From the NCBI GenBank assembly GCA_022821725.1, contig JAJEDB010000089.1:4074-68073 (forward strand): a DNA stretch of 64,000 nucleotides. The letters run 5' to 3'. Below are positions 48,714 to 58,292 of the stretch, piece by piece. Positions within the stretch are counted from its first letter, which is position 1; every line of letters begins with the position of its first letter. The notes beneath the pieces are model-generated. The model was not told the origin of the DNA. It was given only the letters and a program-made list of their open reading frames with translations, and did not search any database. This stretch comes from Candidatus Poribacteria bacterium (GTDB lineage: Bacteria; Poribacteria; WGA-4E; WGA-3G). The position numbers and the translations under genes are program-made.

Positions 48714-50366
48714 TCACTTCTCTAAAACGATCCGAACCTCCGTATCCATACCGCGCTCGCTAACACTCATTTCAGCGGTAATCGGACCGAGGGACTCCAG
48801 CGGAAATAGGTTTTCTGTGATATGTCGTGTCACTATCGGGTCCAATTTCTGTCCTGAAAGCGATAGAAGGACGGTTACGATCGGAAGGAAACGTTTCAAT
48901 TCCGGCACGAACAACTTCGGTTGAACGAACGCTTGAGTGCCACTTGCATCCGCGGAGAATGCTATATCCTCCAAGACAGGGCTGTTACCTGTTGTCGTAT
49001 CAACCACAGACTTCAAGCCCGATAGTGTTGTCCCCAAAACGAAATAGTCGTCAATGAGTGCGTATCCACCCGTAACGGCTAATAGGAAATTGAGACGGAG
49101 CTGCACGGGTTGCAGTGTGATACCCTTGTAATCCTGCGGTCCAAGGTATTCGAGCGGTTTGCCAGCAATTGCGGGCTTTCCTTGCTTCACGATTCCCAAA
49201 ATCTCGTTTAGGACATCGGGAACCTTCACATGCGCCAGCAAAACCAGCGCAGGCACAACCGACACTTCACCGGGATCAGGAGCAACCAACAAGACGGTTA
49301 AGTCCGCACCCAAAATCTCGGAGAGATCTATATCTCCAAAGAGCGCTTGCATCTGTTTCAGAATAGGAAGCGAAGCGACAAAGGCAGTGCGTTCGGGAAA
49401 ATCAAGGAACGGTTTTGCGTTGTCCGCAGTCGGCAGATGAGAAGGGTTGATGGCAACACCGTTTCGGAACCGATGTCGTGACACAATCACGCCGTCTTCA
49501 TATCGGTTGCTGAACGTCCAAGCTCCTGAATCCCCAAACCATCCCAAAATCTGTTTGACAAACACATCAGAACGCATACTATCGAACAAGGGAGTAAACT
49601 GCTGCACATCTACATACCCAGTATTTTTGTCCGTATTATAATCGTCCTGTATATCCACCGCCATGGGATGCGCAGCGAGAAATCCTTGACTTTTCGGATC
49701 AGTTTTAGTTTCAGAAAGCTCGGTATAGAGGTCGAGCGTCTCAGCCAATAACAACGGGTCGAGGGTTAAAATACCAATTCTGCCGATGAAGGTATAACTA
49801 AAATTGCGTGGATACCCTATGATGGTATTAATCGTGAATCCGCTGTAATCGGTTTGAATTCGCTCGTATTTTGGGTTGATCGCATCCGTTGCTGTAATCG
49901 CTTCAATACTCAATTTCTCCTGCGCACCCACTGCAGAAATAAGCAGAAACGAGAGCTCTCCTTCACGCCGATACAGGGCAAGAATGGCTTCCTCCCCAAA
50001 ATAACCCGTGATCGTCTTCAGGTCGAGTCTGCCGCCCATCTCGTATTCCCAGAGCTGCTTCTGATAGACGAGTTGTTTCCACCATCGCTGCTTCTGAATT
50101 TCAGCGAGAATCGGCATCTTAGCCGTCTGTTTTCCGAATTCACTGCGATTGAAAGTTTCCACCACGCCTTTCAATTCCTTGAGTGTCAAATAACAGATCG
50201 GAGACCTGGGGAGTAGCGTGATAAGATGCTGTTCCGGTTCCCACAGCGCGGTCCGGTGATAGATAATGGATAGCAAAATGATAACCCCAATAAGAACGAT
50301 TAGGCTGACGAAAACGATTCTTTTAATTTTTCCTTGTGGGTTGGTCAGGGAAATTAGAACTTTCAT
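48714..50366 (-). CDS. Hypothetical membrane-anchored protein (N-terminal TM, large soluble domain)
   Basis: 550 aa with a single N-terminal hydrophobic helix, VFVSLIVLIGVIILLSIIY. The start is uncertain because the leader motif CCACAAGGAAAAATTAAAAG lies inside the annotated N-terminus. Confidence 0.45.
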   Translation of the reverse strand: MKVLISLTNPQGKIKRIVFVSLIVLIGVIILLSIIYHRTALWEPEQHLITLLPRSPICYLTLKELKGVVETFNRSEFGKQTAKMPILAEIQKQRWWKQLVYQKQLWEYEMGGRLDLKTITGYFGEEAILALYRREGELSFLLISAVGAQEKLSIEAITATDAINPKYERIQTDYSGFTINTIIGYPRNFSYTFIGRIGILTLDPLLLAETLDLYTELSETKTDPKSQGFLAAHPMAVDIQDDYNTDKNTGYVDVQQFTPLFDSMRSDVFVKQILGWFGDSGAWTFSNRYEDGVIVSRHRFRNGVAINPSHLPTADNAKPFLDFPERTAFVASLPILKQMQALFGDIDLSEILGADLTVLLVAPDPGEVSVVPALVLLAHVKVPDVLNEILGIVKQGKPAIAGKPLEYLGPQDYKGITLQPVQLRLNFLLAVTGGYALIDDYFVLGTTLSGLKSVVDTTTGNSPVLEDIAFSADASGTQAFVQPKLFVPELKRFLPIVTVLLSLSGQKLDPIVTRHITENLFPLESLGPITAEMSVSERGMDTEVRIVLEK

Positions 50367-50628
50367 GTGCCTTTACATATATCTGAAAAAATGCCCAAGC
50401 AAAAACGCCTCCGCTACGCTTACGGGCTACGGGAGAGAGTACCCCAAGTGCTCATAATTTAAAAACTGTCATTTGATTATAGCACACCCGGTTTCGGTAA
50501 ACAATCAAATTGACGAGAGATTCAGTGTGCGTCTGAAGCGCGATTGTAGTCTGTCCAGCCGCAGCCGTAAAAAACTTGCCTGAAGCCGAAAAATGATGTA
50601 AAATATTAAAGTTATCTTATGAAAGAGG

Positions 50629-52515
50629 GTGAACACCGTTCCGACCAAAGATCTCAGAATTCGGCCATTCACTATTTTCCTTATCTGCGTGTTAGTGCCT
50701 GCCAACTGTTGGTGGGTGTCCGCCTCCATTATCCGTGGCGGTGGGAGTCCAACGCAGGTTTCACTTTTCTATAACGCCGTTATCACCATTTTAATCCTAC
50801 TCGGCATCGGCGTCCTTTTACGCCGTTTGCATCACACGCTCGCGCTGAACCGCGCTGAATTGCTCGTCATCTACACTTGCATTTCAGTAGGGGCGGGGCT
50901 TGCAGGCGTGGACCGATTCCTTGTCCTCATGCCGATTATCGGGCACGCGCACTGGTTCGCAACACCGGAGAACGACTGGGCAAACCTGTTCCATCTACAC
51001 GTCCCAGACTGGTTGGCTGTCAGCGACAAACGTGTGCTTGAGGGATACTACCACGGGTTCGCGAGTATCTATGAATCGCGTTACTTGACGGCATGGCTCC
51101 CCGCGATCTTATGGTGGACCCTCTTTCTGGTCGCTATCCACCTCGTAATGCTCTGCCTCAGCCTGCTTTTTCGGAAGCAGTGGGTCGAATCAGAGCGACT
51201 CAGTTACCCCATCATCCAATTGCCCTTTGAGATGACGACACGCACCCGGAATTTCTTCCGTTCCCCCTGGATGTGGCTCGGACTTTCGATCGGTGTCTCC
51301 ATCGACATCATCAATGGGTTAAACTTCCTGTTCCCTGTGGTCCCGAGTCTCGGTGGGAAACTATACGATTTGCGAAAGATTTTCACAGAGCGTCCGTGGA
51401 ACGGTATCGGTTGGAGTCCGCTGGGTGTCTTCCCCTTCGGCGTAGGACTTTCGTTTTTTATACCGTTGGATCTCTCCTTTTCGTGTTGGGCATTTTGGTT
51501 AATCTGGCGGGCGGAACGGTTGTTAGGGGTTATCGCTGGATGGCGAGGACTGCCGCGTTTCCCTTACGAAGCCGAACAGTCTCACGGTGCATACTTGGGA
51601 CTGTGTGTGGTGGCGATATGGATGAGTCGACGCTATTTGAAGGGTGTTTTACATCAACTTGTGTCCCCAAAATCAGACGAACCCATTTCATACCGTCTGA
51701 TCGTTCTCGGATTTCTCAGTGCATCGGGGTTTATCGTCGGATTCTGCCTCAAGATGGGGATGAGCTTCTGGATCATTATGGTCTACTTCGCCATCTGGTT
51801 CGCGATTGCGATGGCGATTACGCGTTTACGCGCGGAACTCGGTTCACCGGTGCATGACTTGCACTTCATTGGGCCCGATGAAATGTTGCCCCGCTTAATG
51901 GGGATTCGCCGATTGGGAGCAGTGAACTTAACAGGGTTCGCTTACCTCTATTGTTTGAACCGCGCCCATCGTTCACATGCCATGCCACATCAACTTGAAG
52001 GCTTTAAACTGGCGGAGGGTGCCAACATTCCGCTGCGACGGTTTGCGATTCTGATGATGCTGGCTTCCGCCCTGGGCGCGCTCGGTTCATTCTGGGCATA
52101 TCTGTCAATGTATTACTCGGAGGGCGGTTTCGCAGGATTCGGACGAGAATCCTTTAATCGGTTAGAAACATGGCTCACCTACGCCGCGCCGCCGGATATC
52201 CCTGCGATTGGTTTCGCATCTTTCGGCTTCGTCTTGACGCTACTCCTCGCTGCAATGCGGATGCGATTCATCTGGTGGAATTTACACCCGGTCGGCTATG
52301 CCATCTCTGGGAGTTGGGCAATTAACCCGATGGTCGGTTCTATTTTTGTGGGATGGCTGCTGAAATGGCTCGTGCTTAAATATGGGGGCCTCCACCTGCA
52401 TCGGAAAGCCGTCCCGTTTTTCCTCGGTATTGTGCTCGGTGAGTTCGTGATTGGCTCCTTCTGGAGTCTTCTCGCTGTTACACTTGATAAACCGATGTAT
52501 CGTTTCCTATTTTAG
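50629..52515 (+). CDS. Polytopic membrane protein of unknown function (about 14 TM segments), paralogue of 58293-60269
   Basis: Blocks shared with the paralogue: ATPENDWANLFHLHVPDW / ATAENEWITLFHQHLPDW; RKQWVESERLSYPIIQLPFEM / RKQWVEHERFTFPIVQLPQEM; LHPVGYAISGSW / LHPIGALLITSY. Confidence 0.6.
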   Translation: MNTVPTKDLRIRPFTIFLICVLVPANCWWVSASIIRGGGSPTQVSLFYNAVITILILLGIGVLLRRLHHTLALNRAELLVIYTCISVGAGLAGVDRFLVLMPIIGHAHWFATPENDWANLFHLHVPDWLAVSDKRVLEGYYHGFASIYESRYLTAWLPAILWWTLFLVAIHLVMLCLSLLFRKQWVESERLSYPIIQLPFEMTTRTRNFFRSPWMWLGLSIGVSIDIINGLNFLFPVVPSLGGKLYDLRKIFTERPWNGIGWSPLGVFPFGVGLSFFIPLDLSFSCWAFWLIWRAERLLGVIAGWRGLPRFPYEAEQSHGAYLGLCVVAIWMSRRYLKGVLHQLVSPKSDEPISYRLIVLGFLSASGFIVGFCLKMGMSFWIIMVYFAIWFAIAMAITRLRAELGSPVHDLHFIGPDEMLPRLMGIRRLGAVNLTGFAYLYCLNRAHRSHAMPHQLEGFKLAEGANIPLRRFAILMMLASALGALGSFWAYLSMYYSEGGFAGFGRESFNRLETWLTYAAPPDIPAIGFASFGFVLTLLLAAMRMRFIWWNLHPVGYAISGSWAINPMVGSIFVGWLLKWLVLKYGGLHLHRKAVPFFLGIVLGEFVIGSFWSLLAVTLDKPMYRFLF

Positions 52516-52702
52516 TGGCTATCGGAAACTGTCGGTGGTCCGTCACACATTAAAAAGGCGTTGTTATTTTTTCTGTTTATGGTATAATGTTAAAAACGCA
52601 ATATCTTGCAGGACTTACGCAAGGCGCAATGAATTGCGCTACTACGAACCTACGCTTCCTTTGGAAAACATATATTTGCGAGGTATATCTGTTTGTAGTG
52701 AT

Positions 52703-53417
52703 GCGATTTATCGCATCTCTGCGTAAGTCCTATCTTGGAAGAAAACGAGTGGAATTGCAGCAGAAAGCAGAACTTATATCAGAAGCACTGGAAGATTTAT
52801 TCGGCGTACCGACCCGCGAAGGCGCAGGAGACGTGTTAGAATGCCTTATCCTGACAATCCTGTCGCAAAATACAACAGATGTGAGTCGCGACAAGGGATA
52901 CATCGTGCTGAAAGATCGGTTTCCAACGTGGGAGGACGTCCTACACGCCGATGCTAAAGCGATAGAGGCAGCAATAAGGATTGTTGGACTCGGAGAACAG
53001 AAAAGCCGGACGATTAAAAACTTCCTGACTTGGCTCAAAGCCGAACATGGGGAACTCTCACTGGAATTCATGCACAGTATGGAAACAGAGGAAGCCTTAG
53101 CGTTCCTGTGTCAACACAAAGGTATCGGTATCAAAACCGCATCCGTTACCCTCTCCTTCGCGTGCGGTCGCGAGGTCTTCCCAGTTGATACACACATCCT
53201 GCGAATTTCTAAACGCCTCGGCCTGATTCCACCGAATTGCAGCGCAGAGAAGGCACATCAACTCTTACCGCCGATTGTGCCGAAGCAGAAGGCGTATCCG
53301 TTCCATATAAATCTTATTTACTTCGGTAGAAAAATCTGTGATGCCCGAAAACCGTTATGCGAACGGTGCCCATTGACAGAACACTGCCTCTACTTTAGAG
53401 AGAACGCACAAACGTAG
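52703..53417 (+). CDS. Endonuclease III-like HhH-GPD DNA glycosylase with a 4Fe-4S cluster
   Basis: HhH GIGIKTASVTL, catalytic VDTHILRI, and C-x6-C-x2-C-x5-C (CDARKPLCERCPLTEHC). The start is chosen at M 52703, just before the helical N-terminal domain; the ORF-track start 52587 is also possible. Confidence 0.65.
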
Positions 53418-53447
53418 GCAGCACTTCCCTGTATCGGAGGGAACATA

Positions 53448-55556
53448 ATGTTTAATTGGAGAAATTTGTCGTGGAAACATCTATTTGTAGTGCTGCTGTT
53501 ACTACACATCCTTCCGCTCTGGATCTTTGCATATTTTCCTTCGCAAGACGGTGCCAGTCATGTTTACAACGGTCTGGTGCTAAAGGAGTATGGGAAACAC
53601 GAAAACTACCAGATGCGGAACGCATGGGAACTGAATCTAACGATCTTCCCGAACTGGCTGTCTCACATCTGTTTGTTAGCATTCCTCTACGTGTTCCCAC
53701 CTGTCATCGCTGAGAAGGTACTGCTTACAATCGCGATAGGCATGGTTCCGATCGCTTTCTTCTACTTCTTTAATGCCGTCCACAAAGATGAGAAAGGGAA
53801 CCCCCCTGTATACGCCTGGCTCGGTTTCCCTTTCGCCTATAACTACCTTCTCTACATGGGGTTTTATAACTTCCAATTGAGCATCTCGTTTTTCTTTTTC
53901 AGTTTCGGGTTCTGGTGGAAGCACAAAGACGACATGCAGGTAAGGTATTTGGTGTGGCTCTACGTTTTGTTACTGCTTACCTATCTGTCGCACATTGCCT
54001 CTTATGGTCTCGTTGTGTTGGGTATCTCGGTCGCGGGCTGTTGCCTATCGGGGGCACCGGCGCTAACCGCAGCGTGGCGAACGCGTGATGAAGGATTCAC
54101 GGCACTGTTGCAAAAACTTGTCCTCAGCCTTAAACCTGTCTTTCGTTTTCTGCTTTACATGGTGCCGATGTATTTTGTGCTGTTAGACTATTACCTACAA
54201 AGCACAAAACAACATCAACAAGGGAACCATCGCGGTATGGAATGGGTTTGGGAGTATTTTTGGGGTGTTAAATCGATCGTCTATTTCACCGACTGGCATG
54301 TTACGGCGAATTATTTTCTTCTCGCCGTATTAGGCATAGCGGTTATCATCTCCATCGGTTACCGAATTCACCGAAAGGAGTGGATAAAACGGACGGATGC
54401 GTTTCTGCTCATTGCGTTCCTGCTTACTTATATGTTCGTTAGGGCACCGTGGAGTTACGGACCGGGCGGATGGATCAACGATAGGATTCACCTCTATATT
54501 CTCCCGATGTTCGCAGCAGCCCTAATCCCGAATATGAATAAAATCCTTCGTTACGCTGTCGTAGCGGGTCTTGTCTTTTTTAGCTTACTCCATTTCGGTA
54601 GGACGGCGTATGATCATGCCCGGATAGCACCGGAGATTGCGGAATTGGTGTCGGGCACACACCTTATAGAACCGCATACAACGTATCAGATGCGGTCGAT
54701 GGAGGACGGTTGGCACAAATCTGAGGCTTTAGGGAGGGTTAAATATGTCACACCCTTTGTCCACCACATGGCACTCTACGGCGTATACGCAGAGGATGTG
54801 GCACATTTGGCAAATTACGAAGCCGAATTCAATTACTTCCCGGTAAACCGGAACGATGAGAACGCGCCTGACGATTATCTGGATCTCTGGTACCACAAAG
54901 CATCCGCAGACTATATAGTGGCATGGTATCCGCCCGATACGCCTGAATTTTGGGCATATACCGCCGATTACGACATCATCCACGAGACGAAACATCTCCA
55001 ACTTTATCGGAAAAAGCGAGCAGATGGACCGATACTTGAAATGTGGAACAAGACAGAAGCAGGGAACTTGATAATTCACTTCGACATGCAACCCAACGGC
55101 AGCGCAGCCGCCTTAGACCATCACGCTATCGGACCTGATACGGAATACGAGAGCGGTAAATTCGGATGGAATACACGCTCGCCCCACGAAGGCTATCGCG
55201 TCTACAGAAGGACGACAGCACTCGCGCAGGACGGTGTTTGGGGTCAGAGAGATGCTGCATTCAAAATCGACTTACCCAATGGCACCTATCGCGTTACCAA
55301 CACTTTCCAAGCAAGAGAAGACGCAACACATGCCATTAACCTATTCGCAAATGGAACCCAAGCCCTTAAGGACTTTACAATATCAGACGATGATGGAGTA
55401 CTTCAACATACCTATACAGTAGAAGCCACAGACGGCTACCTCACCCAAGTCATTTTTTCACCCAAAGACCGGGTGCGTCATGAAGATGATTGGGAAAACA
55501 AAAACCATTTTTGGATTTGGAACGGCTGCACAGTCGAACAAATACAATCAAAATAA
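53448..55556 (+). CDS. Large polytopic membrane protein with a C-terminal soluble domain (GT-C-like or unknown)
   Basis: About 11 TM segments in the first 400 aa, then a ~300-aa hydrophilic domain. No motif recognised. Confidence 0.45.
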   Translation: MFNWRNLSWKHLFVVLLLLHILPLWIFAYFPSQDGASHVYNGLVLKEYGKHENYQMRNAWELNLTIFPNWLSHICLLAFLYVFPPVIAEKVLLTIAIGMVPIAFFYFFNAVHKDEKGNPPVYAWLGFPFAYNYLLYMGFYNFQLSISFFFFSFGFWWKHKDDMQVRYLVWLYVLLLLTYLSHIASYGLVVLGISVAGCCLSGAPALTAAWRTRDEGFTALLQKLVLSLKPVFRFLLYMVPMYFVLLDYYLQSTKQHQQGNHRGMEWVWEYFWGVKSIVYFTDWHVTANYFLLAVLGIAVIISIGYRIHRKEWIKRTDAFLLIAFLLTYMFVRAPWSYGPGGWINDRIHLYILPMFAAALIPNMNKILRYAVVAGLVFFSLLHFGRTAYDHARIAPEIAELVSGTHLIEPHTTYQMRSMEDGWHKSEALGRVKYVTPFVHHMALYGVYAEDVAHLANYEAEFNYFPVNRNDENAPDDYLDLWYHKASADYIVAWYPPDTPEFWAYTADYDIIHETKHLQLYRKKRADGPILEMWNKTEAGNLIIHFDMQPNGSAAALDHHAIGPDTEYESGKFGWNTRSPHEGYRVYRRTTALAQDGVWGQRDAAFKIDLPNGTYRVTNTFQAREDATHAINLFANGTQALKDFTISDDDGVLQHTYTVEATDGYLTQVIFSPKDRVRHEDDWENKNHFWIWNGCTVEQIQSK

Positions 55557-55652
55557 CGCATAATTTACGCAAATCCGTGTATTTGCTGGCGAGGTTTCTT
55601 GGGAAAGCCCTATCATAAACACCTTGCCGATAAAAAAAGGAGAATTGATTGA

Positions 55653-56846
55653 ATGATTAAACCACATGGAGCCGAAACCTTAAACCCGCTTTACGTTTCG
55701 GATGATACAGAACGTGCTGAACTCACCAAAGAAGCAGAGCAACTTCCGTCTGTCCTGATCTCGTCAGGTGCCGCCGCATCAGCCGTTATGCTCGCGTCAG
55801 GTTACTTTACACCGCTCACGGGGTATATGAACATCGCTGAAGCGACAAGTGTGGCAACGGATATGAAACTGTCGAACGGACTTTTCTGGCCCGTCCCCGT
55901 GATGAACATCGTTCCATCGGAGCGGCTTACGGATGCCGTAAAGAACGCCGATAGAATTGCGCTACGCGATCCGAACGTCGAAGGCAATCCGCCGATTGCT
56001 GTTATGAAGGTTTCGGCAATCGAGACACTCTCAACAAAACAGAAACAACTCCTCATTGAAAAGACCTTTGGAACGACTGACCCTGAGCATCCAGGTGTCC
56101 CCGCTTATGCCAACGTCGGCGACAACGTTCTCTCGGGTCCAATTGAAGTCCTGAACTATTCCTATTTCCGCGAGGATTTCCCCGATACATTCCGCACTGC
56201 GGTTGAGATTCGCGAGGACATCGCTGTGCGCGGATGGAACACCGTCGTCGCTTTCCAGACACGGAATCCGATGCACCGTGCCCATGAGGGACTCTGCAAA
56301 ATCGCACAAGAGGCAGTCAATGCTGATGGTATTCTAATTCATATGCTTCTCGGTAAGCTAAAGCCTGGGGACATTCCCGCTACTGTTCGTGATGCTTGCA
56401 TCCGGACGATGGTGGAACACTATTTCCCCGAAAATACCGTCTCTATTACGGGTTACGGGTTCGATATGCTCTATGCTGGACCGAGAGAGGCGCTCCTCCA
56501 TGCCGTTTTCCGTCAGAATTGCGGTGCGTCGCACTTCATCGTCGGCCGCGACCATGCCGGCGCAGGCGACTACTACGGTGCCTTCGATGCACAGGAGATT
56601 TTCGACACAATCCCTGAAGACGCACTCGAAATCGGTATCTTCCGTGGTGATTTCACCGTATGGAGCAAAAAGCGCAAGGCAATCATCATGATGAGCGACT
56701 ACCCGCACGATCCAGACGATTATTTCGAGATCTCTGGGACAAAATTGCGTGAGATGCTCGCCGCTGGCGAACCACTCCCACCAGAAATTTCACGACCCGA
56801 AGTCGCGGAGATCCTGACGGCGTATTATCAGTCAGAAGCAAACTAA
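55653..56846 (+). CDS. sat: Sulfate adenylyltransferase (ATP sulfurylase)
   Basis: Signature QTRNPMHRAHE and GRDHAG. Correct length. No APS-kinase domain. Confidence 0.8.
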   Translation: MIKPHGAETLNPLYVSDDTERAELTKEAEQLPSVLISSGAAASAVMLASGYFTPLTGYMNIAEATSVATDMKLSNGLFWPVPVMNIVPSERLTDAVKNADRIALRDPNVEGNPPIAVMKVSAIETLSTKQKQLLIEKTFGTTDPEHPGVPAYANVGDNVLSGPIEVLNYSYFREDFPDTFRTAVEIREDIAVRGWNTVVAFQTRNPMHRAHEGLCKIAQEAVNADGILIHMLLGKLKPGDIPATVRDACIRTMVEHYFPENTVSITGYGFDMLYAGPREALLHAVFRQNCGASHFIVGRDHAGAGDYYGAFDAQEIFDTIPEDALEIGIFRGDFTVWSKKRKAIIMMSDYPHDPDDYFEISGTKLREMLAAGEPLPPEISRPEVAEILTAYYQSEAN

Positions 56847-56855
56847 TATAGCACC

Positions 56856-58079
56856 GTGGAAGCGATTCAATATACCAAAAGCATCCCGCGTTATCTGGCG
56901 ATGCGCTATCTTGGGAAACGGTGGCGAAGTCTTTATACGTCTCCGTTCTCTTGCACGCGTCTCGTTGATATCCCGGAGCCACAACTGCCAACGCCTGAAT
57001 GGGTTAAGGTTAGAACTCGACTCAGCGGTATTTGTGGCTCCGATCTGGCGACAATCACGGCGAAAGGGAGTCCCTACTTCTCGCCATTCACGTCAACACC
57101 TTTCGTATTAGGGCATGAAATCGTCGGTGAAGTCGCGGAGATAGGTGATGCAGTGGAAGGATTCTCTGTCGGTACACGGGTAGTCATTGAACCGGCACTG
57201 TCGTGTCCAGTGAGAGGGATTTCACCGCCGTGTCACCAATGCCGAAACCAACGCTTCGCCAACTGCGAAAATATCACAAAAGGCGACATCTCTGGAGGGG
57301 TTCAAACGGGTTATTGCCGCGATACAGGGGGTGGATGGAGCCAATATGTTCTGGCGCATCAGTCGCAACTCCATTCCGTCCCTGATGCTATTTCGGACGA
57401 AACCGCAGTGCTGCTTGAACCTTTTGCATGCGCGCTACACGGCGTTCTGAAAATTCCGTCCGACCGGACAGCAACTCTCTGTATCATTGGGGGTGGCACG
57501 ATTGGACTGCTCACCGTGGCGGCACTTCGGATCCTTGGACACCGAAACCGAATCATCATCTTCGCTAAATATCCGCATCAACAGCGATTGGCGAGCGAAC
57601 TCGGCGCGGACGACGTGTTATCACCGAATAGCAGTCGATATGCCGCGTTCTGTGAACTCACAGGCGCGACATCGTATCAACCGGAGTTGGGACAACAGGT
57701 CTTGCTGGGGGGTGTGGACGTTACCTTCGATTGTATCGGCTCGAGCGTTACCATAGACGACGCGCTCCGTTTTACCCGTGCGGGGGGTGAAGTCATCTTG
57801 GTCGGTATGCCGGGAATCCCCAAAAACGTTGACTGGACTTCGATTTGGTATAAACAGTTACGCGTAACGGGTGCCTATACCTACGGACTTGAAACGCATA
57901 ACGACGAACAGATTCATACCTTCACACTCGGTATGCGTCTTCTTCAAAAGATGGAGGCACATTTGCGTCCACTGGTAAGCACGCTTTTTCCACTGCTGGA
58001 TTACAAACGTGCTATCCAGACTGCTCTGAATACAGGCAAGACAGCCACAGTGAAAACCGCTTTTGACTTACGGGACTAA
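56856..58079 (+). CDS. Zinc-dependent alcohol dehydrogenase family (MDR), polyol/threonine dehydrogenase-like
   Basis: GICGSDL; GHEIVGEV; structural-zinc Cys cluster CPVRGISPPCHQCRNQRFANC; Rossmann GGGTIG. Confidence 0.75.
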   Translation: MEAIQYTKSIPRYLAMRYLGKRWRSLYTSPFSCTRLVDIPEPQLPTPEWVKVRTRLSGICGSDLATITAKGSPYFSPFTSTPFVLGHEIVGEVAEIGDAVEGFSVGTRVVIEPALSCPVRGISPPCHQCRNQRFANCENITKGDISGGVQTGYCRDTGGGWSQYVLAHQSQLHSVPDAISDETAVLLEPFACALHGVLKIPSDRTATLCIIGGGTIGLLTVAALRILGHRNRIIIFAKYPHQQRLASELGADDVLSPNSSRYAAFCELTGATSYQPELGQQVLLGGVDVTFDCIGSSVTIDDALRFTRAGGEVILVGMPGIPKNVDWTSIWYKQLRVTGAYTYGLETHNDEQIHTFTLGMRLLQKMEAHLRPLVSTLFPLLDYKRAIQTALNTGKTATVKTAFDLRD

Positions 58080-58109
58080 TTTCACTACGAAACGTGAACA
58101 TCTCACAAC

Positions 58110-58186
58110 AGACATAGCACTCCGCTGGAGTGCGTATTTGTTTGTATGCCCTTTCTATAGACATATCACTCCGCTGGAGTGTCGGA
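58110..58186. promoter_or_regulatory. Two direct copies of a 22-nt unit containing the hairpin/palindrome CACTCC-GCT-GGAGTG, upstream of membrane protein 58293-60269
   Basis: ACATAGCACTCCGCTGGAGTGCG and ACATATCACTCCGCTGGAGTGTCGG lie about 50 bp apart, which looks like an operator pair. Confidence 0.4.
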
Positions 58187-58292
58187 ACCTATCCGCTATA
58201 AATCCGAATAGGCGTGATACATCCCGTCGGATTTCTCTAATTTTTACGTTAAACTCACATTACTATAAACAACTGACCGATACATACTTTCT

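Noticed and set aside
55653-56846. Bifunctional Sat/CysC (ATP sulfurylase plus APS kinase)
   Set aside because: There is no P-loop and no C-terminal kinase domain; 397 aa fits the stand-alone sulfurylase.
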